Part shown: piece by piece, positions 15,961 through 25,750 of the stretch
Layout: the number at the start of each line of letters is the position of its first letter
Numbering within the stretch: the stretch's first letter is position 1
Source of the DNA: a virus
DNA: 64,000 nucleotides
Virus record (IMG/VR): IMGVR_UViG_3300045988_062257
Reading direction: 5' to 3' (one strand)
Position numbers and translations under genes: made by a program
Notes under the pieces: generated by a model
Told to the model about the DNA's origin: nothing
The model's database searches: none
What the model saw: the letters and a program-made list of their open reading frames with translations, nothing else

Positions 15961-16747
15961 GAACTGGCTTGTTACAGGAGACACTCATGGTCAAGTCCTT
16001 GAAAGACTTAGTCATATTGGATATTCTCCTGATGAAACTGCATTGATTATTCTTGGCGATATGGGGCTTAATTTCTATCTGAATAAGACCGATCGCAAGA
16101 ATAAAAAGAATGTTAATAATACAGGCTTCCGCATTTACGCGGTTCGCGGAAACCATGAAGAGCGTCCAGAAAACCTTTCCATGGAGCAAATGTATGACGA
16201 AGACGTCGATGGCGGCGTCTATTATGAGCCAGAATTTCCGAATATCAGATACCTTTTTGATGGAGAGAGCTACAACATTCATGACTACTCTGTCCTTGTT
16301 ATCGGCGGGGCATATTCCGTAGATAAGTGGTATCGACTTGGAGGCCGTCCAGAAGATACAAATAGCTGGACCGGTTGGTTCAAGGACGAACAGCTAACCA
16401 AAAAGGAAATGGATGAAATTGGCGCATGGGTTGAAGGTAAGCGTTATGATTTTGTCCTAACCCATACTTGTCCCATTTCTTGGGAGCCAAGAGATTTGTT
16501 TCTCTCTGGTCTTGACCAATCAAAAGTAGATAAGAGTATGGAACTTTGGCTTGAGGATATCAAAAGCAAAGTTGATTGGGAAGTATGGCTCTGCGGCCAC
16601 TACCATGACGATCGGTTAATCCGACCTGGCGCAGAAATGTATTTCCATGACATTGAATCTCTTGATACAATTTGGGAGCGCTGGCAAGACCCTGAGAACA
16701 TCGACTGGTGGTTGAAGAAGGATCCAAACTACTATATGGGTAGATAA
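15953..16747 (+). CDS. Calcineurin-like metallophosphoesterase
   Basis: Motifs GDTHG, GDMG, GNHE, and HYHDD-like C-terminal His. Confidence 0.55.
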   Translation: MIKNWLVTGDTHGQVLERLSHIGYSPDETALIILGDMGLNFYLNKTDRKNKKNVNNTGFRIYAVRGNHEERPENLSMEQMYDEDVDGGVYYEPEFPNIRYLFDGESYNIHDYSVLVIGGAYSVDKWYRLGGRPEDTNSWTGWFKDEQLTKKEMDEIGAWVEGKRYDFVLTHTCPISWEPRDLFLSGLDQSKVDKSMELWLEDIKSKVDWEVWLCGHYHDDRLIRPGAEMYFHDIESLDTIWERWQDPENIDWWLKKDPNYYMGR

Positions 16748-16795
16748 AAAAATAAAGGGTCGAAGTATTAAATACTTCGACCCTTTTTAATTAAA
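16748..16795. terminator. Bidirectional Rho-independent terminator (AAAGGGTCGAAGTATT-taaa-TACTTCGACCCTTT)
   Basis: Perfect palindrome flanked by A-run on one side and T-run on the other. Separates converging + and - strand genes. Confidence 0.65.
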
Positions 16796-17048
16796 AATCA
16801 TGCCATTCAATTTTCTGCGGACTTCCAGTTCCACCGATCTTTTGATAGCCATTTGCTGCGGTATATTGCAAGATGGCATCTTCTACAAAGTAGATTTTGC
16901 CTTCTTCGCCTACCGCAGGAAGCTCAGAACGCTGTGTTACTTCAATGCTTCCACCATTTTTAATCTGTTCCTTAACCCATTCTTTGAGTTTTGTATCATA
17001 ATGAGACAAAAGGTTAAGGTCAATAAGATTTTCTAATGCAACTGCCAT
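16791..17048 (-). CDS. Hypothetical protein (minus strand)
   Basis: RBS AAGGAGTG upstream on the minus strand. Converges on the bidirectional terminator. Confidence 0.45.
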   Translation of the reverse strand: MAVALENLIDLNLLSHYDTKLKEWVKEQIKNGGSIEVTQRSELPAVGEEGKIYFVEDAILQYTAANGYQKIGGTGSPQKIEWHDF

Positions 17049-17061
17049 TAGGAATCACTCC

Positions 17062-17331
17062 TTAACCAAATAATTTATCAATGTCTGCAATGTCGGCTAA
17101 GCTGCCTTCAACGACAACTGTCCCACCGCCTCCGCCGCCACTTGACTTTTGTTTAATCCATTGACCCTGGTTGTTCAATCTATAAATGCTAGAAGTTGCG
17201 ACAACCTCGCAAGTGCTGCCAGGGGTAAAGTGGGTAGGAAGGGTGGCAATTTCGTCTTCGGTATCAACTAGTAGACGAACTAGATAGGGAGTGATTTTCT
17301 CCCCACTCATCATCTGAGAATACATAGACAA
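17062..17331 (-). CDS. Hypothetical Gly-rich protein (minus strand)
   Basis: Co-oriented with 16791-17048. Contains a GGGGGG run. Confidence 0.4.
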   Translation of the reverse strand: MSMYSQMMSGEKITPYLVRLLVDTEDEIATLPTHFTPGSTCEVVATSSIYRLNNQGQWIKQKSSGGGGGGTVVVEGSLADIADIDKLFG

Positions 17332-17419
17332 TCTGCCCCTTTCATTATTTTCTCTATTGTTATCTAAAAAATGATAATGAGTGTATATCAGCTTTTGGCC
17401 AAAATAAATACCTATTTGA

Positions 17420-17471
17420 AAAATATCATAAAATATATTATAATATATATAGAAAGTTAAGGAAGAAAGAA
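17420..17471 (+). promoter_or_regulatory. Promoter motif plus leader (TATATTATAATATATATAGAAAGTTAAGGAAG)
   Basis: Instance of the repeated motif before the gene at 17472. Confidence 0.4.
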
Positions 17472-17876
17472 GTGATAACCATTCGTATCTGGCACCAAAA
17501 ACTTATTCCCTATCTTGATCGTCAGCGTCTCTTGGGTCAGCATCGAGAATGCGCGGCTCTAAGAGGAAAAGGTTGGGGCAAGAAGCACGCAACTGTAGAC
17601 TACGCTTTTACACATGACCCTGCTCTACTTGTCGCTTATCATTATCTGATTATGGACGAGATGGAGAAGCGTGGTTACCATCCAGATAAGATTTGGAAGA
17701 ATCCTAACTGGCGAGGAAGTACATTAGGTGAGGGTACATGGATTTCTGATTCTAAGTATGAAGAGATTTATGAATCTGCTAAGCAGGGTAATATGATTTA
17801 CCCTGAACACGACGATGCTTATTTGCAGGAGTGTATCAATATTCTGCATGAAAAAGGTGTCGACATTACGATGTAA
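17472..17876 (+). CDS. Pyrimidine-dimer DNA glycosylase-like (T4 endonuclease V family?)
   Basis: N-terminal pattern IRIWHQKLIPYLDRQRLLGQHRECAAL resembles the endoV N-terminus (L..L.DQHL..EYRE). Non-ATG start in the ORF table. Confidence 0.35.
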   Translation: MITIRIWHQKLIPYLDRQRLLGQHRECAALRGKGWGKKHATVDYAFTHDPALLVAYHYLIMDEMEKRGYHPDKIWKNPNWRGSTLGEGTWISDSKYEEIYESAKQGNMIYPEHDDAYLQECINILHEKGVDITM

Positions 17877-17896
17877 CAAGAGAGGAGATAACTATA

Positions 17897-18066
17897 TGAT
17901 GCCCTATGTTTGTGATGGAACTATCGTAAGAGTGAGAGACGGTCGCACTGGTAAAGTCATCTGCGTTGATAGAAACACCAAGATTGCAGTAGTCTATACT
18001 GGTAAGGCATCTATCTCCACAAAGATTGAAAATCTTGAGGTCATTTCCTACAAGGAGGTTAAGTAA
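17897..18066 (+). CDS. Hypothetical small protein
   Basis: RBS AGAGGAG before ATG 17897. Listed within ORF 17815-18066. Confidence 0.35.
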
Positions 18067-18123
18067 ATGCCCGGAAGAGTAAGAGTTCATCGCCCTTCTC
18101 CCGAAAGAGAGGGAGAATATAAG

Positions 18124-18360
18124 ATGCGTATTCTTAGCATCTTGAATGAGTCCGAGGAAGCCATGACGATTGATGAAATCAAAAGCCAAGATATGATTCT
18201 TCAGCCGTTGACTTCTCAGAAAATGGCAAGACTTATCGGCAATCTGATTGAAATGGGACTTGTGCGGAAGGGCAAGTCTAAGAGCCTTGGACGCATGGTT
18301 TATAAGGCTGTAGCAGTCATGATTAGTCAAGGCTACGATGTGAATGAAGAGGAGGAATAA
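18124..18360 (+). CDS. Winged-helix-like small protein
   Basis: RBS GAGAGGGAG before ATG 18124 (ORF table starts upstream at 18067). C-terminal wHTH-like pattern. Confidence 0.35.
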   Translation: MRILSILNESEEAMTIDEIKSQDMILQPLTSQKMARLIGNLIEMGLVRKGKSKSLGRMVYKAVAVMISQGYDVNEEEE

Positions 18361-18363
18361 GAT

Positions 18364-19632
18364 ATGGCATATTTTGGTTTGGTAACTAAGTTGCAGAACT
18401 GCCGTAAGGACGAGAACTCTGATCGTCTGTATCTGGCAGATTGCTTCAATGAGGGCGTTATCGTCGGCCCCGATATGAAGACCGGTGATCTGGTTCTGTA
18501 CCTGCCGACCGATGGTCAGGTAGATCATTGGTTTGGCGATAAGTTTACCTTGTTCCGTAAGAATGAGGATGGTACTGAGCAGGGCGGTTATCTGGAGAAT
18601 AACGGTCATGTGCGGGCTATCAAGCTTCGTGGCAACGAGAGTTCTGGCATCGTCATCTCTCTTGAGCGTGTCTATGAGACTTTCGGCAATCAGCATTGGA
18701 AGAACGGAGATAAGATAAATACTATCAATGGTAAGGAGTTCTGCCGTAAGTATATCCCTAAGCGTAAGACTCCGAGCACCACTCCTAAGACTTCCTACAA
18801 GGGTCGTAAGGCAGAGGGTATTACCTATCCTGAGTTTGCAATGCATACTGACACCGAGCAGCTTGCATACAATCTGGATAAGTTCCGTCCCGGCGATGAG
18901 CTGAATATGACTCTTAAGATGCATGGCACTTCTCAGCGTTCCATGAACACCTTTGCTGAGCTACCCAATGGCTTCTTCCGTCGTCTATTCCATATGAAGA
19001 AGCGTCTGAAGCAGGCTTATGTTCTCGGTACGCGCCGTTGTGTTGTAACTGAGAACTCTCAGGGCTACTACGGCAATGATCTATTCCGTATGTCTCACCA
19101 TGAGGCATTGAAACCCCATCTTGATCCTGGTATGGAGGTCTTTTACGAGGTAGTAGGGTACTACGGTCCCTCTGAGAATGATACCATCATGCCTATCGGC
19201 GATAACTCCAAGCTAAAAGATAAGGCTTTCCAAAAGCTGTTCGGTAAAAAGTCTATCTTCTCCTACGGCTGCAAGCCCGGTGAGTCCCATATGTGGATTT
19301 ATCGCATCACTTCCGAGAATGGTCAGCGTGAGTGGACTCCTGACGAGATTACTGCTTGGTGCGAGAAGCATGGCTTTAATCGTGTCCCGGTGATTGAGAA
19401 CTTCAAGTTCACTACTGCCGAGGACCTGCAGGACCGCATTAACAAGTATTTCGAGGACTTGGTCGATCCTATCGGTAAAACTCATGTTAAAGAGGGCGTT
19501 GTAGTTCGTATCGTCAACCGCCGCGCCTTTACTGCTTTCAAGTCTAAGACTTACGAGTTCAAGGTGCTTGAGGGTATTATCAAAGAGACTGAGACTGCTC
19601 CAGATATGGAGGAGGCACAGGACGAAGTATGA
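18364..19632 (+). CDS. ATP-dependent RNA ligase, Rnl2-like
   Basis: Nucleotidyltransferase motif I KMHGTS (Rnl2 KIHGTN-like), motif IV EGVVVR, motif V FKSK. Confidence 0.5.
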   Translation: MAYFGLVTKLQNCRKDENSDRLYLADCFNEGVIVGPDMKTGDLVLYLPTDGQVDHWFGDKFTLFRKNEDGTEQGGYLENNGHVRAIKLRGNESSGIVISLERVYETFGNQHWKNGDKINTINGKEFCRKYIPKRKTPSTTPKTSYKGRKAEGITYPEFAMHTDTEQLAYNLDKFRPGDELNMTLKMHGTSQRSMNTFAELPNGFFRRLFHMKKRLKQAYVLGTRRCVVTENSQGYYGNDLFRMSHHEALKPHLDPGMEVFYEVVGYYGPSENDTIMPIGDNSKLKDKAFQKLFGKKSIFSYGCKPGESHMWIYRITSENGQREWTPDEITAWCEKHGFNRVPVIENFKFTTAEDLQDRINKYFEDLVDPIGKTHVKEGVVVRIVNRRAFTAFKSKTYEFKVLEGIIKETETAPDMEEAQDEV

Positions 19633-19792
19633 GAATTATCTTCTACGGTCTGTGGCTGACTACTATTGTTGTTGGTTCTATTCTAGGAACAATAGTTCCT
19701 CCTTCAGCCGTCTATCTTACCGGTTTTACGACAGGAACTCTCTCTTTAATACTCTTACACTTTGCCTCTCAATTTAAGGATTTAGGAGTATA
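19630..19792 (+). CDS. Small membrane protein (about 54 aa)
   Basis: ATG overlaps the previous stop. Two hydrophobic helices. Ends at TAG just before the next gene. Coordinates approximate. Confidence 0.3.
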
Positions 19793-19796
19793 GATT

Positions 19797-20153
19797 ATGC
19801 TTTATTGGGGTATTATCCTTTTTATTTGTATCATCGTTTTTGTTGTTTTATTTAAGGCACTCAATAATAGCTGTTGGTACTGGGGAATGGCAGCATTTGT
19901 TATTGCATTGGCAATGCTTTTAAGTACCTGCAAGTATAGAAGCTTTTTAGCTTCTTTTGAAATTCAACGCACAATTATTACGCAAATGTCACAGTCATAC
20001 CATTTTAACGACAATACACTTATCTATATAGCGGATATGATTGACGCTAATCAAGAGTTAGCGGAAATTCAAGGTAGTAAGAAAGCTTGGGGCGGATGGA
20101 GTATGTACCCCGATAGTGTCATGGATGTCATTCCCATCGGATTAGAAAACTAA
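19797..20153 (+). CDS. Membrane protein
   Basis: Two N-terminal TM helices. Confidence 0.4.
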   Translation: MLYWGIILFICIIVFVVLFKALNNSCWYWGMAAFVIALAMLLSTCKYRSFLASFEIQRTIITQMSQSYHFNDNTLIYIADMIDANQELAEIQGSKKAWGGWSMYPDSVMDVIPIGLEN

Positions 20154-20156
20154 ATG

Positions 20157-20198
20157 CAAGAGACTCTTACCTAGCCAGTAAGAGTCTCTTTATTTTTA
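20157..20198 (+). terminator. Rho-independent terminator (CAAGAGACTCTTAC-ctagcca-GTAAGAGTCTCTT plus T-run)
   Basis: 13-bp stem and TTATTTTTAT. Followed by the promoter motif. Confidence 0.65.
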
Positions 20199-20251
20199 TA
20201 ATAATATATTATATAATATATATAAAGAATGAGGAAAGGAGTTTTCTATAT

Positions 20252-20776
20252 ATGCAGAAAATTCTAATTGTAATTGATATGCAGAATGATTTCGTAACAG
20301 GGCCTCTCGGCTCTAAAGCCGCGCAAGTAGCTGCGAAGAATATTGCTGCGCATATCAATGAATATGACACGGTAATTTTCACCCGCGATACCCATGGCCC
20401 AGATTATCTGGATACATTGGAAGGAAAGTTCCTACCGATTCCGCATTGTATCAAGGATACTGAAGGATGGGAGATTATCCCTGAACTCGTTAATGGAGTT
20501 TCCAAGGTGAAGAATCTCTACGTCGTCGATAAGGATACCTTTGGCACTTTCATTTGGGGAAGTATGTCTGTAAATATGTCAGTAGATGAAGATACTACCA
20601 TTGAAATTTGCGGCGTATGCACCGACATTTGTGTGGTATCCAATGCTCTTATCATGCGGGCTTTTCGTCCTAATCAGAAGATCAAGTGTCACAAAGACTG
20701 GTGCGCTGGTACGAGTGTTGCAGCACATGAAGCAGCTCTTAAAGTTATGGAATCTTGCCAGATTGAAGTTATTTAA
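20252..20776 (+). CDS. Isochorismatase-family hydrolase (nicotinamidase PncA-like)
   Basis: N-terminal ILIVIDMQNDF and catalytic Cys region CGVCTDICV. Confidence 0.55.
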   Translation: MQKILIVIDMQNDFVTGPLGSKAAQVAAKNIAAHINEYDTVIFTRDTHGPDYLDTLEGKFLPIPHCIKDTEGWEIIPELVNGVSKVKNLYVVDKDTFGTFIWGSMSVNMSVDEDTTIEICGVCTDICVVSNALIMRAFRPNQKIKCHKDWCAGTSVAAHEAALKVMESCQIEVI

Positions 20777-20787
20777 GGAGGCTTAAT

Positions 20788-21621
20788 ATGCTATTTGTTC
20801 GCTCTAGAATGGGTTTTGAGGATAAAACCTGGATGCCAGTTAGTCAAGATCGATTTCCAGATGGAACGCTGCACATGACTGCTCCTAAAGATTCCTTATT
20901 TAAGAACTCTAATGTCGATATCTACTGGAAGTATAACAATGATGCAGAATTGTTCTCGCTAATTTGCTTGCGGAAACACTATGCCGATTGTAAAAATGTC
21001 ACACTTTATATGCCCTATTGTCCGCACGCCCGCATGGATAGAGTTAAGGGCACAACCGATGTATTCACTCTCAAGAGTTTTGCAGATGTTATCAACTCTC
21101 TTGATTTCACCAAGGTGGTTATCTATGATGCCCATAGTAATGTAACACCTGCGCTAATTGATAGAGTGGAAAATCGTCCGAATACTATGTTCGTTGAACG
21201 CACTTTACTCGATATCGGAGACGATAATCTTGTCATGTATTATCCCGACGAAGGGGCTATGAAGAGATATTCTGAGAATTGCCAGCGCCCTTATAGCTTT
21301 GGCATGAAGCGCAGAAATTGGGAGACTGGTAAAATTCTCGGTGTAGATATTATCAATAGAGAGATTGTAAAAGACAAGAATATCCTCATTGTTGATGATA
21401 TTTGTTCTAAGGGCGGTACATTCTACCATTCAGCGCAGGCTCTGAAAGATGCGGGCGCCGCAGATATTTATCTCTTCATCACTCATTGCGAAGATTCTAT
21501 TTTCAAAGGCAGCTTACTCGAAAGTGGCTTGATTAAGCACATCTACACCACTGATTCGTTGGGCCATGACATTCTCTTTAACAAACAGATTACGGTTTAC
21601 AACCTGCGAGAAATCATTTAA
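20788..21621 (+). CDS. PRPP-synthetase-like phosphoribosyl pyrophosphokinase (Prs or ADPR-PP synthetase-like)
   Basis: PRPP-binding signature ILIVDDICSKGGT. About 277 aa. Sits next to a NAMPT-family gene. Confidence 0.5.
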   Translation: MLFVRSRMGFEDKTWMPVSQDRFPDGTLHMTAPKDSLFKNSNVDIYWKYNNDAELFSLICLRKHYADCKNVTLYMPYCPHARMDRVKGTTDVFTLKSFADVINSLDFTKVVIYDAHSNVTPALIDRVENRPNTMFVERTLLDIGDDNLVMYYPDEGAMKRYSENCQRPYSFGMKRRNWETGKILGVDIINREIVKDKNILIVDDICSKGGTFYHSAQALKDAGAADIYLFITHCEDSIFKGSLLESGLIKHIYTTDSLGHDILFNKQITVYNLREII

Positions 21622-21630
21622 GGAAAGGAA

Positions 21631-23361
21631 TTGTATACAATGTTTAATCCTCTTTTAATGATTGACTTTTATAAGAGTACCCATCATGAACAGTACCCCG
21701 TTGGACTAACTAAGATGGTTAGCTACTACACTCCTCGTATGAGCCGCCTTAAGGATGTAGACAAGGTAACTTTGTTTGGTCTACAGGCATTTATTAAGGA
21801 GTATCTCATTGAGGGTTTTAACGATAACTTCTTTAATCGTCCAGAAGAGGAAGTTGTCGCAGAGTACGAGCGAGTTCTCAACGCTACTCTCGGTCCAGGT
21901 GCATTTCAGTCTGAGAAAATTAGAGATTTGCATCGACTGGGCTATCTTCCTCTAGAAATCTCTGCTGTCCCTGAAGGCACCAGAACCGCGATCGGCGTCC
22001 CGCAGATCGAGATTACCAACACTCACCCCAACTTCGTTTGGTTGGTGAATACTATTGAGACCCTTCTGTCTGCCACCATGTGGCATACGCAGGTATCCGC
22101 GGAAGTTGGCTATCGGTATCGCCAGATTGTGCAGAAATACCGTGACATGAGTTGCGACGACAATGTTCCTGTAGCTCGACTGCTTGGTGATTTCTCTATG
22201 CGCGGTCAGCAATCCGCGGAATCCGCAATTAAGAGTTCTGCTGGCTGGTGTCTATCTTTCCTGAACACCGCTACTGTACCTGCAATTATGTGGCTTGAGA
22301 AGAACTATAATTGCGACTGCACTAAGGAACCTGTTGCTTACGGCGCAATCTCTACCGAGCATAGTGTTATGTGCTCTAACTACGCGATTGATGGTAATGA
22401 AATTACCCACATCCGCAGACTTCTGACAGAGATTTATCCTCACCACAATTTTTCTATGGTGTCTGATAGTTACGACTATTGGAATCTCGTAGAGAAAATT
22501 CTCCCGCACTTGAAAAATGAAATCATGGCACATGATGGGTGTCTTTCTATTCGTGGCGATAGTGGCGACCCAGTTGAGATTATCGCGGGTAAGGAAATCA
22601 TCTATCTCAATGAGCAGGAGTGGGAGAACCTAAAAGACGATCCAAGTGAGTTCATTGCTGAGTTCTTTGAACGAGACTTAGAGAAAGACACTCAGCAGAT
22701 TTTCTCTTACAATGGAGAGTATGCTCTTGCTGACATTACAGTCGAATGGACTAATGAGCGCGGTGCTTGGACTGATTGCAAATATTGGTACATTGAGGGT
22801 TATAATGTCAAACTGATTGAAAATTATGAGCTTACTTCTGAGGATAAGGGAACTGTCTGGTGTTTGTGGGATATTTTCGGTGGAACTATCAATAGCAAGG
22901 GCTATAAGGTCCTTGATCCTCACATTAAAGCTATCTATGGTGATAGCATTACTCCTCAGCGGTGCACTCGCATTTATCAGCGCCTTGTGAATAATGGATT
23001 TGCCATTAACAATGTTTCTCTTGGCGTTGGCTCTTTCTCCTTTATGTGTCTTGAAGAAGATGGCAGCTTCAATCCTTACACTCGTGATACCTTTGGTATC
23101 GCTGTTAAGGCAACTTACGCGGAAAATGCAAATGGTAAGCCTATTATGATTTACAAGCAGCCCAAGGCTCTCAGTTGGAAGAAGTCTCAGAAAGGCTGCT
23201 GTCGGATAGCTCTTGATGGTCAGAGCTATGAAGATGAACTGACTTGGGCAGATCATCTTGGTGAAGACAATCTACTCCAGCCTGTGTTCCGTGATGGTAG
23301 TATGATTAAGGAGGACAGTCTGCACGATATTCGCGCACGGCTATATAAGGAGGGCTTTTAA
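21631..23361 (+). CDS. Nicotinamide phosphoribosyltransferase family protein (NadV/NAMPT-like)
   Basis: 576 aa. NAMPT/NAPRT-family architecture with conserved GDS and DSYD-like motifs. Confidence 0.55.
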   Translation: MYTMFNPLLMIDFYKSTHHEQYPVGLTKMVSYYTPRMSRLKDVDKVTLFGLQAFIKEYLIEGFNDNFFNRPEEEVVAEYERVLNATLGPGAFQSEKIRDLHRLGYLPLEISAVPEGTRTAIGVPQIEITNTHPNFVWLVNTIETLLSATMWHTQVSAEVGYRYRQIVQKYRDMSCDDNVPVARLLGDFSMRGQQSAESAIKSSAGWCLSFLNTATVPAIMWLEKNYNCDCTKEPVAYGAISTEHSVMCSNYAIDGNEITHIRRLLTEIYPHHNFSMVSDSYDYWNLVEKILPHLKNEIMAHDGCLSIRGDSGDPVEIIAGKEIIYLNEQEWENLKDDPSEFIAEFFERDLEKDTQQIFSYNGEYALADITVEWTNERGAWTDCKYWYIEGYNVKLIENYELTSEDKGTVWCLWDIFGGTINSKGYKVLDPHIKAIYGDSITPQRCTRIYQRLVNNGFAINNVSLGVGSFSFMCLEEDGSFNPYTRDTFGIAVKATYAENANGKPIMIYKQPKALSWKKSQKGCCRIALDGQSYEDELTWADHLGEDNLLQPVFRDGSMIKEDSLHDIRARLYKEGF

Positions 23362-23786
23362 TGAACGATCCATTCCTTGACATCAATAGAGTAGTTGATA
23401 GACTCTATAATGAATATAAGCGGTATGGTGATATTATTATCGCCTTCGACTTTGATTACACGGTTCATAATTTCCGTGACGAAGATTATACTTACGAGTG
23501 TGTGAGTGAAATGTTGCGGAAATGGCAACCCTATGCTAAGCTCGTGGTATTTAGTGCTTCTCAAGAAGAGCGATATCCCTATATTGCAGATTATCTCAAT
23601 CAGAATAACATTCCTTTTGATGCAATCAATGAGGATGTTCTGACTGAAAAACGTAAGCCAACGAGAAAACTGTATTATAATATCTTGCTTGATGATAGAG
23701 CAGGACTTGGTAGCGCTTACACGGCATTAGATATGCTATATAGTAAACTAGAAGCAGAAGGAGAACTGAAAACATGGAGAATGTAA
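23361..23786 (+). CDS. HAD-like hydrolase (possible nucleotidase)
   Basis: DxDxT motif FDFDYTV near the N-terminus. Confidence 0.35.
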   Translation: MNDPFLDINRVVDRLYNEYKRYGDIIIAFDFDYTVHNFRDEDYTYECVSEMLRKWQPYAKLVVFSASQEERYPYIADYLNQNNIPFDAINEDVLTEKRKPTRKLYYNILLDDRAGLGSAYTALDMLYSKLEAEGELKTWRM

Positions 23787-24514
23787 TTACCAATATCACC
23801 AATTGGATTAAGGATTACTTCGTAAATAATGGTCCAGATTGCAAAGCTATCATTGGTATTTCTGGTGGCAAAGATAGCACTGTAACTGCGGCTCTGCTTG
23901 TTAAAGCACTCGGAAAGAATAGGGTTATTGGTGTAAAAATGCCACAGGGCAATCAGCATGACATTAATGTTGCCAATAAAGTAATTGACTATCTCGGTAT
24001 ACGGAGTTACGAAATCAATATTGGCGATGTCTGTGAATCCTTATATCATGCTATTGATGAGGGGTATGATTTTGATAGTACAGTTAAAAACAATCCCCAA
24101 GTTACTTCTAACTCTCCTGCCCGCGTCCGCATGACAGTGCTTTATGCTATTGCTGCGCTTGAACATGGTAGAGTAGCAAACACTTGTAATAGGAGCGAGG
24201 ATTTTATTGGCTATTCCACTAAATTCGGAGACGCTGCTGGCGATTTCTCCGTGCTGTCTGAATATACAGTTTCAGAAGTGCGGCAGATTGGTAAAGCACT
24301 TGGTATCCCTAATGAGTTTATCTTTAAAGCGCCAGAAGACGGTCTTAGTGGCAAGACAGATGAAGATAATCTTGGATTTACCTATGGTGAACTCGATCAC
24401 TTCCTACTGCGAGGACATTATCCATCTTATGATGTTTATAAAAACATTGAAGAGCGGCACAAGCGCAATCTTCATAAGATAAATCCAATGCCTTCTTGTC
24501 CTAGATATTACTAA
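23774..24514 (+). CDS. nadE: NH3-dependent NAD+ synthetase
   Basis: PP-loop GISGGKDST plus NadE-like length and motif arrangement. Confidence 0.6.
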   Translation: MENVITNITNWIKDYFVNNGPDCKAIIGISGGKDSTVTAALLVKALGKNRVIGVKMPQGNQHDINVANKVIDYLGIRSYEINIGDVCESLYHAIDEGYDFDSTVKNNPQVTSNSPARVRMTVLYAIAALEHGRVANTCNRSEDFIGYSTKFGDAAGDFSVLSEYTVSEVRQIGKALGIPNEFIFKAPEDGLSGKTDEDNLGFTYGELDHFLLRGHYPSYDVYKNIEERHKRNLHKINPMPSCPRYY

Positions 24515-24534
24515 ACTCGCAATTACACTGTTAT

Positions 24535-24566
24535 AAAGAGAGCCTTACGGCTCTCTTTATTTTTTA
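24535..24566 (+). terminator. Rho-independent terminator (AAGAGAGCC-ttac-GGCTCTCTT plus T-run)
   Basis: Stem-loop plus TATTTTTTAT, then the promoter motif. Confidence 0.6.
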
Positions 24567-24611
24567 TAAAATATATTATATAATATATGTATAAGAGAGG
24601 GGAGAAAGAGT

Positions 24612-24857
24612 ATGAAAGAAATGTTCCATACTATTAAGAATGGTGAATTGCCTGTGCCTGGCAGTAAGGTGTTTATCCGTCTCAATGAAGAGGCTACTCG
24701 TGGGTATGCTTATCCTGAAGCCTCCATTGTTTCTGTGCAGACTTGGCGTGATGGACATATCCATTTTATCGAAGACTCTGGCGAGCAGTACATGGAGTTT
24801 TTCCCTCAGTATATCAAAGATTGGTGCTATCTTTCTGATCTGATGAAGTTACACTAA
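24612..24857 (+). CDS. Hypothetical protein
   Basis: Promoter motif plus RBS GAGGGGAG upstream. Confidence 0.4.
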   Translation: MKEMFHTIKNGELPVPGSKVFIRLNEEATRGYAYPEASIVSVQTWRDGHIHFIEDSGEQYMEFFPQYIKDWCYLSDLMKLH

Positions 24858-25006
24858 AGGACGGATATAATGGATTTATTTTCACTACTTGAGAATCTCA
24901 AGCTTGATCTTGAATGGGCAGAAGCTAATGAGTGGGAAGCTCCAATTTGTCTTGCTGACGATTTGCGAGAAGCTATTGAAATCATTGAAAAGGAGATGGA
25001 AGAATA

Positions 25007-25750
25007 ATGGCTACATATGCGTGCTCTGATTTGCACGGTAGATTGGATCTACTGAAGCAGATTCAGGATTTCTTACAACCCGATGATACGGTTTATTTTC
25101 TCGGCGATGCCGGAGATAGAGGTCCAAATCCTTGGGAGACTATCAAGGCAGTTGCTCAAGATAAGCGTTTTATCTATCTTAAAGGCAACCATGAAGATAT
25201 GCTGGTAAAAGCCATGGAAGATGAAGTGCGGAGAGAAGGATGCGGAGTACTTGGGAAAAACTTTGCTTTACTTTCTCAAAATGGGGGTGGAGAAACTTTC
25301 CTTGACTGGCTTTTAGAACCAATGAAAACTGGCTGGTGGAATTATCTCAAGAAACTACCAATCTATAAGAAATATGTAAATGAACAGGGAATCACTATTC
25401 ATCTCTGTCATGCTGGCTTTAATCCAATGCAGGATGATGCTATCCCTAATGACGACGATTTACTTTGGGATAGATGCCATTGGCACTCTAAGGAGCCTAT
25501 TTTTGGTGATAAAGAAATTTGCGTGCACGGCCATACTCCTATTCCATATCTGTTAAAACGAAATAACTGGAGCGATGAAATTCCAGATTGGGATGGTGGA
25601 GCTTGGTGGTATGCACAAGACCACAAAGTTGATTTGGATTGTGCAAGTTGGTATACTGGTTATACTGTATTGTTAGACTTAGACAGCTTTGATGAACATA
25701 TCTTTAATGCTGCCGACGCAATTGACCTTTCTAAGAAGGAGGAATGGTGA
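25007..25750 (+). CDS. Calcineurin-like metallophosphoesterase (Ser/Thr phosphatase-like)
   Basis: Motifs SDLHGR, GDAGDRG, GNHE. Confidence 0.55.
   Translation: MATYACSDLHGRLDLLKQIQDFLQPDDTVYFLGDAGDRGPNPWETIKAVAQDKRFIYLKGNHEDMLVKAMEDEVRREGCGVLGKNFALLSQNGGGETFLDWLLEPMKTGWWNYLKKLPIYKKYVNEQGITIHLCHAGFNPMQDDAIPNDDDLLWDRCHWHSKEPIFGDKEICVHGHTPIPYLLKRNNWSDEIPDWDGGAWWYAQDHKVDLDCASWYTGYTVLLDLDSFDEHIFNAADAIDLSKKEEW

Noticed and set aside
18067-19632. Joining ORFs 18067-18360 and 18364-19632 (same frame) as one read-through gene.
   Set aside because: The separating stop is TAA, not TAG, and the downstream gene has its own start context.
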